A stretch of DNA of 61,863 bases, filler included. It is 5 parts of 5 records of this genome, joined end to end, with 100 filler letters (N's around TTAATTAATTAA, not from the genome) between each part and the next. Parts side by side here need not be neighbours in the genome. Positions count along the whole stretch, not along the records: positions 1 to 18,781 come from SRR22947725_1362; positions 18,882 to 39,657 come from SRR22947725_1363; 3 more parts are not named here. One strand, given 5' to 3'. Numbering within the stretch: the stretch's first letter is position 1; each line of letters opens with the position of its first letter. This document shows, one piece after another, positions 16,601 to 26,862 of the stretch. A program made the translations under genes and the position numbers. The notes under the pieces are model-generated. The model was not told the origin of the DNA and ran no database searches. It saw only the letters and a program-made list of their open reading frames with translations.

Positions 16601-17256
16601 TGATGAGATACCTATTAGTATTTTTATTTACAATCTCATCAACAGTAATCGCACAAGATGTAGAGCAAGCAGCTTCCTCAAAATCTGGATGGGGAGTCTA
16701 TGGCGGATATCAGTCCATGCAAATTTCAGGAACAGAAGATGATGCATCTGACGAAGAGCTTGAAATGTTTGAAACTGAGAGATTAGGCTCGTATTACATT
16801 GGAGTTTGGAAAAGTACCGATTGGAAAATTGGATCATTGCCTGTTACGGTTGGTGCAGAATTTGGTCATCGTGGAACTTCTACTAATTACCAAGTAGATC
16901 CTAGCGAAGATGAACCTTTGATGTATATAGAATCTGCTGAAATTTTAATTACCTATCTTGACTTATGGACTTCTGTAAATTATCGCATGTCAGATAAATT
17001 CAATCTATGGATTGGTCCATCAATTGGAATAAATCTTGATAATAAGGTTACATATAATATTAGTGGACAAGAAGCTGAAAATTTTGATTTATCAACCGAC
17101 GTTGACTTTGATGAGAATGATTTTGGATTTCTTGTTGGGGCAGGATATTCAATTAGTGAAAATATTCACATTAATGCTGGTCTGTACAAAGGATTAAAAG
17201 ATCATGATGGAGGCAAGTTTAATAACTTATTCATAGATCTCGGCTATAGTTTTTAA
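16600..17256 (+). CDS. Outer-membrane beta-barrel protein (small porin-family)
   Basis: Signal peptide, alternating beta pattern and C-terminal GYSF. Confidence 0.75.
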   Translation: MMRYLLVFLFTISSTVIAQDVEQAASSKSGWGVYGGYQSMQISGTEDDASDEELEMFETERLGSYYIGVWKSTDWKIGSLPVTVGAEFGHRGTSTNYQVDPSEDEPLMYIESAEILITYLDLWTSVNYRMSDKFNLWIGPSIGINLDNKVTYNISGQEAENFDLSTDVDFDENDFGFLVGAGYSISENIHINAGLYKGLKDHDGGKFNNLFIDLGYSF

Positions 17257-17702
17257 GAGATTTTTTTTAATTTAACTTTAGCAGCAGTGCCTACTATTGA
17301 ATTCCAATCAATATCAGATGATAGTTCAGTACCTTTTGTTTTTGCAAGAAAGATACACCATATCTTTATAAATGCAGGAGACGGATAAAGATATTTTTGT
17401 CTTCTATCGTCTTTAGCACATTCAAGAAATAAATACCCGCGTTTTTTTCCTAAAGCGACATAGTTAACAAACGACGACTTTGATCCATACAGAGGACTTA
17501 ATTTATTATAAACTCTTGATGGTGTTATTTTTTGATCTGATAAATAATGAGACATGATGAATGTTGTTGCTATTCGCGAGGTAATAGTTGATAGAAAGAA
17601 TCTTATAGTTTCAGCTTTTTCTTTATCATTAAAGCTGTGTGTCATGGCATCAAAAATATTGGATGCCTGTAATGCAAAATCTTTTTTTGTCTTAAGTGTC
17701 AA
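17253..17702 (-). CDS. Hypothetical protein, possible MarR-like winged helix
   Basis: KKRGYL..E...DDRRQKYLYP resembles the MarR wing D-x-R motif; AGAGGG upstream of the TTG start. Confidence 0.5.
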   Translation of the reverse strand: MTLKTKKDFALQASNIFDAMTHSFNDKEKAETIRFFLSTITSRIATTFIMSHYLSDQKITPSRVYNKLSPLYGSKSSFVNYVALGKKRGYLFLECAKDDRRQKYLYPSPAFIKIWCIFLAKTKGTELSSDIDWNSIVGTAAKVKLKKIS

Positions 17703-17877
17703 TTTAGCTTTCCCTCTTAATTAACCATAATAACTTTCTTAAATATTTAATGAGATAAATTCTCAATTATTAAAACAATCTAATATTTAATGGTTTAAAA
17801 AGATAATAGCAAATTTTACTACTAATATTCATTCATTTGAAATTCAGGTAAATTGTAGTATAATTGGCTCAATATTT

Positions 17878-18405
17878 ATGCATATTGACGATATAAAAAA
17901 AACGATTACTATAGTTAATGACTATCCTATCGAAGGAATAGTCTTTAAAGATATTACGACCCTACTAGAAAATCCTACAGCATTCAAAGCTACGGTAGAC
18001 CTGATGATTGAAAAAATTGCTCATTTAGAATTTGATAAAGTTGTTGGCGTAGAATCTAGAGGTTTCTTCTGGTGTGCACCAATTGCTTATGCGCTATCTA
18101 AGTCATTTGTCTTAGCGAGAAAGCCGGGTAAGCTTCCTAGAGAGGCTGCAGAAAAGCATTTTACCTTAGAGTATGGAACAAACAGTGTTCATATTCATAA
18201 AGACGCAATTAGCGCTGGAGATAAAATTCTAGTAGTAGATGATTTGATTGCTACCGGTGGTACTGCAACAGCTACTGCTGATTTGTGCAGAGAATTGGGT
18301 GCAACTGATATCCATACGTTATGTTTGATTGATTTGCCACACTTGGGTGGATCAAAGAAACTTGCAGAAAAGTATGGTGAAGTGATTACTTTAATAGATT
18401 ATTAA
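17878..18405 (+). CDS. apt: Adenine phosphoribosyltransferase
   Basis: DYPIEGIVFKDITTLL, ESRGF, RKPGKLP, LEYG and VVDDLIATGGT. Confidence 0.95.
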   Translation: MHIDDIKKTITIVNDYPIEGIVFKDITTLLENPTAFKATVDLMIEKIAHLEFDKVVGVESRGFFWCAPIAYALSKSFVLARKPGKLPREAAEKHFTLEYGTNSVHIHKDAISAGDKILVVDDLIATGGTATATADLCRELGATDIHTLCLIDLPHLGGSKKLAEKYGEVITLIDY

Positions 18406-18781
18406 TTAGTCTTTTTCAAACATAGTAGAAAACTGGATAAATTTTAAATAATTTCCAGAAACACTTAATTTTCCTGAAGCTAAGGCACTTTTAGCATCCG
18501 TGATTCCTAAAACAATTCCCTTCCATGTTGAAGTTTCAACCGTAACTGTAATTTCAGCTTCGGTAGGTATGTCTTGAATAATTTCAGCAATATTATTTCG
18601 TATAATAATACCAAATTTTTTACCGGTATCGCTCATAGTAAATCCAACTTTAATAAGTTTATTATTGGCTTTATCGGGATTTAAGCGAGGAGGCATAGCT
18701 TCAAAGATAGTTTCAATAGGAATTTGACGTACTTGGTTTTCAGTTAATTGAAAGGTTAAGTCAGGAGTAATTTCTCCTTTA
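18406..18781 (-). CDS. C-terminal SCP2-like domain, probably of an alkyl sulfatase (5'-truncated by contig end)
   Basis: Frame is open to the contig edge (KGEITPD...IFEAMPPRLNPDKA); IIRNNIAE and ALASGKLSVSGN...F..MF pattern. Confidence 0.65.
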
Positions 18782-18881
18782 NNNNNNNNNNNNNNNNNNN
18801 NNNNNNNNNNNNNNNNNNNNNNNNNTTAATTAATTAANNNNNNNNNNNNNNNNNNNNNNNNNNNNNNNNNNNNNNNNNNNN
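18782..18881. other. Artificial contig linker
   Basis: N44-TTAATTAATTAA-N44, with stops in all six frames. Confidence 0.98.
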
Positions 18882-19283
18882 ATATGCAGTAATCCCAAAT
18901 CCGATAGACGCAGGTAAATTTGGCATCGTTCTTACCATCTTTATATTTCTACCAATTTGGGATTGAAACCAAGAAAGTGATAAACCTGCTGCAATAGAAA
19001 TGAAAAGAATATTGTTAATATTAAATTTAAAAAAAGAGTCAATTGTTTCTTTCATTTGTTGTGGTTTTACAGCTAAAAAAAAGATGTCACCACTCTTAAT
19101 CTCAACTAATTCATTTAACTTATTTATATTTTCAAAGGCTTTAAAACCATCATCACCAGCCACTTTTCTTAAAGAGGAAACTTTTTCAATTACAAAAAAG
19201 TTAAAATTTAATTTTTTTAACATCCACCCTTTTGCAATTGATGAACCCATTTTTCCATATCCAAAAAGGATGATATTCTTCAT
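18882..19283 (-). CDS. proC: Pyrroline-5-carboxylate reductase (3'-truncated)
   Basis: GYGKMG, LAVKPQ, ISIAAG and RTMPNLP. Confidence 0.92.
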
Positions 19284-19325
19284 AATTTTTATTACCTTAT
19301 TTTATCCAATCTCTACTATGTATGT

Positions 19326-19817
19326 TTAAGCATTTCCTTCAATATTTAAAAACAAAAGCTCAAAAGCATTTTCTTTCATTCTTTCTCCATATATCAAATT
19401 ATGAATAGCCAAAGAAAATTTATGAAACAACTGATTTGTTTGAGATAAATTATAATCACAAAAATATATTAAACAATTTTTAGTAGGTTTTTTTTCTGAA
19501 AAAGTTTGAATAGTTTTAAATTTAATTTTTTTATCTAAAAAATCATAAAAAAAATAACCGTTTTGAGAAATTTTATTAATATAATTTATTATTTCATACA
19601 AATCATAGGTTTTGTTTTCTGGTAATTGAAAATCTAAAATATAAACAAAATTGATTAATTTATCACTCACATTTAATTTCAAATAATAATCAGCTATTTC
19701 ACCTTTAAAGCAGAAATCATAGTTATGCATATTACTTCGATTTTGAAACCAACTATATTTTAAAAAAATATTACTAATGTCTTCGGAAAAGATTATACTT
19801 TTTAAATTTTGAGTCAT
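19326..19817 (-). CDS. YbjN-family protein (divergent)
   Basis: Position between ubiK and proC as in Alphaproteobacteria; YEIINYIN...G.F pattern and C-terminal EGNA. Confidence 0.65.
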   Translation of the reverse strand: MTQNLKSIIFSEDISNIFLKYSWFQNRSNMHNYDFCFKGEIADYYLKLNVSDKLINFVYILDFQLPENKTYDLYEIINYINKISQNGYFFYDFLDKKIKFKTIQTFSEKKPTKNCLIYFCDYNLSQTNQLFHKFSLAIHNLIYGERMKENAFELLFLNIEGNA

Positions 19818-19818
19818 T

Positions 19819-19875
19819 TTACAACATATAGTACAATAAATAGATATTTTAAATACTTTATACTATATATTGTTG
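19819..19875. promoter_or_regulatory. Tandem NrdR-box-like sites
   Basis: ttaCAACATATAGtac (19819-19834) and ataCTATATATTGttg (19860-19875) fit acaCwAtATaTwGtgt; they are 41 bp apart. Confidence 0.65.
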
Positions 19876-19890
19876 TACTTAAACTAATAC

Positions 19891-20139
19891 TTACTTACTA
19901 GTTTTTGTTTTTTTTCTTTCTAATTTTGCTTTTAAAAGATTGAATTCAGCATTTAATTTTTCATGCCTATCAAGCAAGGCTTCAAAATCTTCTCTACTTA
20001 CAATACCTTGAGTATTTATAAATTTCTCAAACCTACTTTTTATTATATTATCAATCTCATTTTTTAGATCTGAGAACGTCGATAAAGCACCATTAATAAT
20101 AGACGCCGTATCTTTTAAAAAAAAATTGTTTCTTTTCAT
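19891..20139 (-). CDS. ubiK: Accessory factor UbiK/BMFP family protein
   Basis: IVSREDFEAL motif plus C-terminal coiled coil; divergent from lgt. Confidence 0.8.
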   Translation of the reverse strand: MKRNNFFLKDTASIINGALSTFSDLKNEIDNIIKSRFEKFINTQGIVSREDFEALLDRHEKLNAEFNLLKAKLERKKTKTSK

Positions 20140-20239
20140 TTATATTCCTCTAATGGATTTCGACTTATATTAAGGTATAATTAATAGTAAAATATATATA
20201 TCTTAAATTATTTAAATAAATTAAACAATATAGTAACCA

Positions 20240-21031
20240 ATGCTCGAATTTCCAAATATTAATCCGGTAGCTGTAGACCTAGGCATAATTAAAATACGAT
20301 GGTATGCATTATCATATATTGTCGGCATCCTTCTAAGTTGGTTTTTAATTTTAAAAATAATAAAGATAAAAAAAATTGATCTTAATTCCAAAGAAATAAC
20401 TGACTTAGTTAGCAATTGTATGATTGGAATAATAATTGGTGGTCGATTAGGGTATGTGTTTTTCTATAATCCAGAGTATTATTCTAATAATTTATTAGAA
20501 ATTTTTAAAATTTGGAACGGTGGTATGTCTTTCCATGGTGGGTTTATTGGAGTAATTTTTGCCGTTATTTACTCAAGTAAATTATTTAAAATACCTATTC
20601 TTACTTTTGCAGACTTAATTGCTATAGTTGCTCCTGTAGGTTTGTTTTTTGGTCGTTTAGCGAATTTCATCAATGGAGAACTTTTTGGAAGAACAACAAA
20701 TCACTCCTTTGGTATTATTTTTCCAAATGGTGGTGATCTACCAAGACACCCTAGTCAACTTTATGAAGCTTTTTTCGAAGGAATAGTCCTATTTATTATT
20801 TTATGGGTCATGATGTATATATTTGACCTCTTAAAAAAACCAGGAATAATATCAAGTTTATTTATATTGTTATATGGTTTATTTCGTTTTTTTATAGAAT
20901 TTTTTAGAGAACCTGATCAACATATTGGACTATTGTATTTTGAGTTTTCAATGGGACAGATTTTATCTCTTCCTATGATTTTAATAGGTTTGTATTTTTC
21001 AATTATTTTCTACAATAAAGGTAAATATTAA
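20240..21031 (+). CDS. lgt: Prolipoprotein diacylglyceryl transferase
   Basis: IRWYALSY, GGRLGYV, GGMSFHGG, GRLANFINGEL and HPSQLYEA. Confidence 0.97.
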   Translation: MLEFPNINPVAVDLGIIKIRWYALSYIVGILLSWFLILKIIKIKKIDLNSKEITDLVSNCMIGIIIGGRLGYVFFYNPEYYSNNLLEIFKIWNGGMSFHGGFIGVIFAVIYSSKLFKIPILTFADLIAIVAPVGLFFGRLANFINGELFGRTTNHSFGIIFPNGGDLPRHPSQLYEAFFEGIVLFIILWVMMYIFDLLKKPGIISSLFILLYGLFRFFIEFFREPDQHIGLLYFEFSMGQILSLPMILIGLYFSIIFYNKGKY

Positions 21032-21066
21032 AAATTGAGATTTGTTATGTTTATTAAAGATTTTTT

Positions 21067-21852
21067 ATGGCTATAGATAGACTATTACACAAGCTTTTAG
21101 ACCAAGATTGTCTCAAATACGGTTTTTTTACAAGAAATGGGGGGGTATCTGAGAGCCCTTTTAACTCACTAAATTGTAGTTTAAGAGTTAATGATAAATT
21201 AAATAATGTCCAAGAAAATTTGAGATTAATTAGCGAAGAGCTTAAATTAGATAAAATAATTAAATTAAACCAGATACACTCATCAGATGTCCATACTGTT
21301 ATCCACCCAGACGATTATAGTAAATTGATACATGCAGATGGATTAGTAACTAATTTAAAAGGAATTGGCTTGTCAATACTAGGAGCAGATTGTGCTCCTA
21401 TTTTATTTTATGACAAAGTGTCTAAAACTATCGGAGCTTGTCATGCGGGCTGGCGAGGAGCAATAAATAATATTGTTGAAGCTACAATTTTATCTATGGA
21501 AAATATTGGAGCTAACAGAAAAAATATTATAAGTATTATTGGTCCTACAATACAAAGAAATTCATACATAGTAAAAGATGATGTTGCAAAAATTGTAAAG
21601 AAAACTCCTTTTTACCAGATCAATAATTCTGTTTTATTTTCGATTTCAAAAAATGAATATTTCTTTGATCTCCCTTTGCTCCTTAAAGAAAGTCTTAAAC
21701 ATGCAAAGGTAGAAGAAATTGGTGATATAAACATTGATACATACCAATCTTCTCATTTATTCTTTAGTCACAGGAGAACTTTTCATGAAAGGCTATCTTC
21801 ACCACCTTCAACGGGACGACAAATTTCAGTTATAGGAATGCTAAAAGAGTAG
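21067..21852 (+). CDS. pgeF: PgeF/YfiH family purine nucleoside phosphorylase (laccase-domain protein)
   Basis: FFTRNGGVS, NQIHS, ADGLVT, ADCAPIL, HAGWRG and FFSHRR. Confidence 0.9.
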   Translation: MAIDRLLHKLLDQDCLKYGFFTRNGGVSESPFNSLNCSLRVNDKLNNVQENLRLISEELKLDKIIKLNQIHSSDVHTVIHPDDYSKLIHADGLVTNLKGIGLSILGADCAPILFYDKVSKTIGACHAGWRGAINNIVEATILSMENIGANRKNIISIIGPTIQRNSYIVKDDVAKIVKKTPFYQINNSVLFSISKNEYFFDLPLLLKESLKHAKVEEIGDINIDTYQSSHLFFSHRRTFHERLSSPPSTGRQISVIGMLKE

Positions 21853-22005
21853 TCAAATGCCTCATCTAATTATTTTTTTTATAGTTATAATTTTAGGAAT
21901 GTTTATTTTAATTTTTATTTAAAATAAGATTATTTTTTCAAATTTATCTTGCTAAAAGTTAAACAAGACTGCTATTAAATATTTTTAAATCTTAGGGTAA
22001 AAATT

Positions 22006-22938
22006 ATGAAAATACTCGCATGCAATTCTAATGTTGATCTTGCAAAAAGTATTTCTAAAAACCTAAATTCACAACTCATTAAAGCTGAAGTTAAAAGATT
22101 TTCTGATATGGAAGTTTTTGTTGAAGTTCAGGAAAATGTTAGAGGCGAGGATATGTTTGTTATTCAGTCAACATCTTATCCTGCCAATGATAATCTTATG
22201 GAACTTCTAGTTTCCTTAGATGCTCTAAGAAGAGCTAGTGCCAGAAGAATTACAGCTGTGATTCCTTATTATGGATATGCTAGACAAGACAGAAAATCAG
22301 GACCTAGAACCCCTATATCCGCAAAGTTAGTGGCTAACTTAATAACCAAAGCTGGTGCTGACAGAATCCTAACAATGGATCTCCATGCAGGCCAGATACA
22401 AGGTTTTTTTGATATACCCACAGATAACTTATTTGCTGCTCCAGTTTTTGTTAAAGATATTGAAGAAAAATATGAAGGGAAACCATTAGTGATTGTTTCT
22501 CCAGATGTAGGTGGAGTTGTTAGAGCAAGAGCAATAGCAAGACGAATTAATGCAAACTTAGCAATAATAGATAAAAGGAGAGAAAAAGCGGGATCTTCTG
22601 AAGTTATGAATATTATAGGAGATGTTAAAAATCATCATTGTATAATTGTAGACGATATAATAGATTCAGGTGGTACTATTTGTAATGCAGCACAAGCATT
22701 AATGGATGTTGGTGCTTTAAGCGTTGATTCCTATGTAACACATGGCGTATTATCGGGTTCAGCCGTAACTAATATTAGCAACTCCCCTTTGAACTCTCTA
22801 GTAACAACAGATTCTATAAAAGCAACTGAAGCTGTAAAAATGACAAGTAATATTAGGCAAATTTCAATTGCACCAATTATAGGTGAAGCCATACGTCGTG
22901 TTCATATGGAACAATCTGTTTCAAGTCTTTTTGAATAA
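22006..22938 (+). CDS. prs: Ribose-phosphate pyrophosphokinase
   Basis: [29 protein letters not shown] and DDIIDSGGT. Confidence 0.97.
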   Translation: MKILACNSNVDLAKSISKNLNSQLIKAEVKRFSDMEVFVEVQENVRGEDMFVIQSTSYPANDNLMELLVSLDALRRASARRITAVIPYYGYARQDRKSGPRTPISAKLVANLITKAGADRILTMDLHAGQIQGFFDIPTDNLFAAPVFVKDIEEKYEGKPLVIVSPDVGGVVRARAIARRINANLAIIDKRREKAGSSEVMNIIGDVKNHHCIIVDDIIDSGGTICNAAQALMDVGALSVDSYVTHGVLSGSAVTNISNSPLNSLVTTDSIKATEAVKMTSNIRQISIAPIIGEAIRRVHMEQSVSSLFE

Positions 22939-23037
22939 ATTTTATATTATTTTCTTTATATTTTTTAATTATGAGGTTATGTATTCTTTATTCTTTTGCA
23001 CCCCTGGAGGCAAAGATTATTACAAGGAGAATATTTA

Positions 23038-23679
23038 ATGGAAACTATTGAATTTAAAGCAGAAGCTCGTAGTCAGGTTGGTAAGGGGTCTGCCAGAGCT
23101 GCTAGACGTGCAGGTTTAGTACCTGCAGTGATTTATGGGAACAAACAACCTGCAGTACCTATTACTATCAATGCAAACAAATGGCGGCAATTAATGAACA
23201 AGCCAGGCATTTTTAGTCAACTTATGAATATTGAAGTTAACAGTGAAAAATATTTTGTATTACCACGTGATATTCAACAACACCCTGTTTCAGAAGAGGC
23301 AGAACACGTAGATTTTTTAAGGGTTACTAATAATGCTACTGTTGCAGTTGGTATTAACGTTGAATTTATTAACGAGGATAAGTGTACAGGATTAAAACTA
23401 GGTGGCGTACTGAACGTGGTTAGAGCACAAGTGGAACTAAATTGCCCTGCAATTTCAATACCTGAAAAACTTACCGTTGATTTAGAAGGTCTAAATGTAG
23501 GTCATACTATTCATATTAGTGCAATAAAGCTTCCTGAAGGATGTACACCAACAATCACAGATAGAGACTTCACAGTAGCTACTATCGCTGCTCCTAGAGG
23601 TGGATTAGGTGACAGCGAAGAGGAAGATTCAACTGAAGAAGAAACAGAAGATAAAGAAGAAAATAAGAGTGATAGTTAG
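23038..23679 (+). CDS. rplY: 50S ribosomal protein L25/Ctc
   Basis: GKGSARAARR.G.VPAVIYG, Q.HPV and HVDF; AAGGAG RBS supports the ATG at 23038. Confidence 0.95.
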   Translation: METIEFKAEARSQVGKGSARAARRAGLVPAVIYGNKQPAVPITINANKWRQLMNKPGIFSQLMNIEVNSEKYFVLPRDIQQHPVSEEAEHVDFLRVTNNATVAVGINVEFINEDKCTGLKLGGVLNVVRAQVELNCPAISIPEKLTVDLEGLNVGHTIHISAIKLPEGCTPTITDRDFTVATIAAPRGGLGDSEEEDSTEEETEDKEENKSDS

Positions 23680-23715
23680 TAATAACTATCACAAAAAAAT
23701 ATTTTAGCTTTCAAA

Positions 23716-24285
23716 ATGTTTCTAATTGTTGGCCTTGGTAATCCAGGAAAATCTTATATAAATAATAGACATAATGTAGGGTATAAAGTTATTGATACAC
23801 TAAGTGACTTATATCATTCGTCAGTGTTTTCAAAAAAATTTAAATCTGAGTTTTTAAAATTAGAAGTTAATAAAAATATAATATTTTTGCAAAAACCTAC
23901 AACTTATATGAATAACTCTGGTCTTGCCGTAAAGGAAATTAAAGATTTTTATAATATACCGCTTAGTAAAATATATGTAATTCATGATGAAATTGACCTT
24001 GACCAAGGAAGAATAAAAGTAAAGGTTGGTGGAGGACATAATGGTCATAATGGTTTGAAGAGTATAGATCAATTTATTGGTAAAGATTATAATAGAATAA
24101 GAGTTGGAATATCCAGACCTTCAAAACTTTACGAAAGTAAAATTGAAGAGAATATTTCTGGATGGGTTTTATCAGATTTCACCTCTAACGATAAAATTAG
24201 TTGGCTTAATGCAACATTAAAAAAATTAAGTAATGAAATTAATCTATTAATAACAAATGAAACAGAAAAATTGAATTTTAACTAA
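23716..24285 (+). CDS. pth: Peptidyl-tRNA hydrolase
   Basis: VGLGNPG, RHNVG, KPTTYMNNSG, HDEID and GHNGLKS. Confidence 0.96.
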   Translation: MFLIVGLGNPGKSYINNRHNVGYKVIDTLSDLYHSSVFSKKFKSEFLKLEVNKNIIFLQKPTTYMNNSGLAVKEIKDFYNIPLSKIYVIHDEIDLDQGRIKVKVGGGHNGHNGLKSIDQFIGKDYNRIRVGISRPSKLYESKIEENISGWVLSDFTSNDKISWLNATLKKLSNEINLLITNETEKLNFN

Positions 24286-24295
24286 GGAAATTCTT

Positions 24296-25393
24296 ATGGG
24301 ATTTAAATGTGGAATAGTTGGTTTACCAAATGTAGGTAAATCTACATTGTTCAATGCTCTAACAGAAACAGCAACAGCAGAAGCTGCAAATTATCCATTT
24401 TGTACAATTGAGCCTAATACCGGCATTGTAGCTGTACCAGACAAAAGATTAAAAAAATTATCTGAGTTAGCTAATTCTCAAAAAGTAATTCCTGCACAAA
24501 TGCAATTTGTAGATATTGCAGGTCTAGTTAGCGGTGCTAGTAAAGGAGAAGGTTTAGGAAATAAATTTCTATCACATATTCGTGAAGTTGATGCTATTAT
24601 TCATGTTCTAAGATGTTTTGAAGATACTGAAATAACTCATGTAGAAAATACTATTGATCCTTTAAGAGACTCAGAAATAATTGAAACAGAGCTTATGTTA
24701 GCCGACTTAGATAGCTTAGACAAACAAATACAAAATCTTTCTAAAAAAGCCAAATCGAATGACCCAGATGCCAAAAAAGATTTAGCATTAATGCAAAATT
24801 TACATGTTTTATTATCAGATGGTAAACCTATTAGATCAGCTGACTTTGATAAAGATAAGTTAAAAAAAATTAAAACATTTAACCTCTTAACATCAAAACC
24901 AGTTTTATATGTATGTAATGTTAGTGAAGAAGACGCTGTCTTAGGTAATAAATTTAGCAAAATAATTTTTGATAAAGCAATTCAAGAAAATTGTGTAAGC
25001 GTAATTATTTCAGGGGCTATTGAATCTGAAATTGCATTATTAAATGATGAAGAAAAAAATGAATTTCTTGCAGATCTTAACCTCAAGGAATCCGGTTTAA
25101 ATAGACTAATAAGAAAAGGTTTTGATTTACTTGGTTTACTAACATTTTTTACAATTGGACCAAAAGAAGCAAGAGCATGGACATTGAAAAAAGATTCAAC
25201 TGCTCCTGAAGCAGCAGGTGCAATACATACAGATTTTCAAAAAGGTTTCATCAGAGCTGAGACCATTTCTTATGATGACTATTTAAATTATAAGAGTGAG
25301 CAAGCAGTCAAGGATTCTGGTAGAATGAGAGTTGAAGGTTCTGACTATATAGTACAAGATGGAGATATTTTTCATTTTAGATTCAATGTTTAG
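24296..25393 (+). CDS. ychF: Redox-regulated ATPase YchF
   Basis: [35 protein letters not shown] and a TGS C-terminus. Confidence 0.97.
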   Translation: MGFKCGIVGLPNVGKSTLFNALTETATAEAANYPFCTIEPNTGIVAVPDKRLKKLSELANSQKVIPAQMQFVDIAGLVSGASKGEGLGNKFLSHIREVDAIIHVLRCFEDTEITHVENTIDPLRDSEIIETELMLADLDSLDKQIQNLSKKAKSNDPDAKKDLALMQNLHVLLSDGKPIRSADFDKDKLKKIKTFNLLTSKPVLYVCNVSEEDAVLGNKFSKIIFDKAIQENCVSVIISGAIESEIALLNDEEKNEFLADLNLKESGLNRLIRKGFDLLGLLTFFTIGPKEARAWTLKKDSTAPEAAGAIHTDFQKGFIRAETISYDDYLNYKSEQAVKDSGRMRVEGSDYIVQDGDIFHFRFNV

Positions 25394-25404
25394 ATGGAGG
25401 CAAA

Positions 25405-26070
25405 ATGAGTGAATTTTTAGAACTTAAATCGATAGATGACCATAAATTTTCTGCTTATCTTTCCCAACCAATAGATAAACCAATAGGTGGCCTTGTAATT
25501 TTACAAGAAATTTTTGGCGTTAATACTCATATACAAGAAATAACTAATTTTTTTTCTGATAAAGGTTATTTAACTGTTGCTCCATCCTTATTTGATAGAA
25601 GTGAACGAAATGTCGCTCTTGGTTATGATGAAGATAGTATTAGCAAGGGCAGAAATTTAAAGAGTTTATGTGATAAGAATGCGCTTAAAGATATAGATGC
25701 AGCAATTTCTCTAGTTTCTTCTGCTGGCAAGGTAGGTGTTATAGGTTATTGTTGGGGAGGATCACTGTCATGGCGTATTGCTTGTAAAAACACTAATTTA
25801 TCAGCAGCTGTTTGTTACTATGGGGGTGATATACCTAATCTAAAAGAACTGAAACCTACATGTAATGTAATGACTCATTTTGGAGAGTTAGATCAAGGAA
25901 TACCTATAGCTAATGTTAGAATTTTTAAAGAAGCAAACCCAGAAGTTCTTACATATACTTACCCTGCCGACCATGGATTTAATTGTAATCACAGAAGACA
26001 ATATAATCAGGTAAGCTCGAAAGTTGCACTAGATAGAACGCTTAAGTTTTTGAAAAAAAATTTCTCTTAA
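25405..26070 (+). CDS. Dienelactone hydrolase family protein
   Basis: QEIFGVN, GYCWGG nucleophile and HGF. Confidence 0.92.
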   Translation: MSEFLELKSIDDHKFSAYLSQPIDKPIGGLVILQEIFGVNTHIQEITNFFSDKGYLTVAPSLFDRSERNVALGYDEDSISKGRNLKSLCDKNALKDIDAAISLVSSAGKVGVIGYCWGGSLSWRIACKNTNLSAAVCYYGGDIPNLKELKPTCNVMTHFGELDQGIPIANVRIFKEANPEVLTYTYPADHGFNCNHRRQYNQVSSKVALDRTLKFLKKNFS

Positions 26071-26862
26071 TTATTTATTTTTTATTGGGGTCCATATTTG
26101 TTTCATTGCGAAATATGATAACAAAGTAAGCAGTAATAAAAATAAAATAACAGAAATGCCTAGTCTTTTCCTATCTTCCATTTCTGGTTCAGATGCCCAA
26201 GCAAGAAAGGCCGTAACATCTTTTGCCATTTGTTCAGGAGTTGCTTTAGTACCATCAGCATATTCAACTCCATCATCGTAAAGAGGTTGAGGCATTCCAA
26301 TTAAATTTCCAGAATAATATTTATTATAATACATTCCATCTGGAACTTTTTTTTCTGCAGGTGCATCCACATATCCAGTCAAGAGTGCATGTAAATAATT
26401 CGCACCATCAGGTCGTGCCTTTACAATCAAGGATAAATCTGGAGGATAAGCACCTCCATTAGCTGCTCTTGCTGCCTTGTCATTTGGGTAAGGTGATACA
26501 AATCTATCACTAGGTCTAGCTGGTCTCTCAACAATCTCACCCTCATCATTAATGGTGTTAACGTTATTCTCTGATGCAAAAGCTTTTATTTCATCATCAT
26601 TGTATCCAATTGCTTTTAGATTTCTGTAAGCCAACAACCTTAACCCATGACATCCTGAACATACTTCTTTATATACTTGAAGGCCTCTTTGTTGCGATGC
26701 ACGATCAAAAGTGCCAGTTATACCCGAAAAAGACCATTTTTGTTTTGGATAATCTATTTTTTCACCAGCCGAAAACGCAACAAAAGGAGTTAATAAAAAA
26801 ACGATCAATAAAAATAATTTATAACTTATACTAGGAAATGATTTTAAGAATCGAATTAACAT
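26071..26862 (-). CDS. petC: Cytochrome c1
   Basis: QRGLQVYKEVCSGCH, GAYPPDLS, MPQPL and a C-terminal TM. Confidence 0.96.
   Translation of the reverse strand: MLIRFLKSFPSISYKLFLLIVFLLTPFVAFSAGEKIDYPKQKWSFSGITGTFDRASQQRGLQVYKEVCSGCHGLRLLAYRNLKAIGYNDDEIKAFASENNVNTINDEGEIVERPARPSDRFVSPYPNDKAARAANGGAYPPDLSLIVKARPDGANYLHALLTGYVDAPAEKKVPDGMYYNKYYSGNLIGMPQPLYDDGVEYADGTKATPEQMAKDVTAFLAWASEPEMEDRKRLGISVILFLLLLTLLSYFAMKQIWTPIKNK

Noticed and set aside
22996-23037. N-terminal extension MHPWRQRLLQGEYL on L25
   Set aside because: The RBS and homology support the ATG at 23038; the extension is leader sequence.
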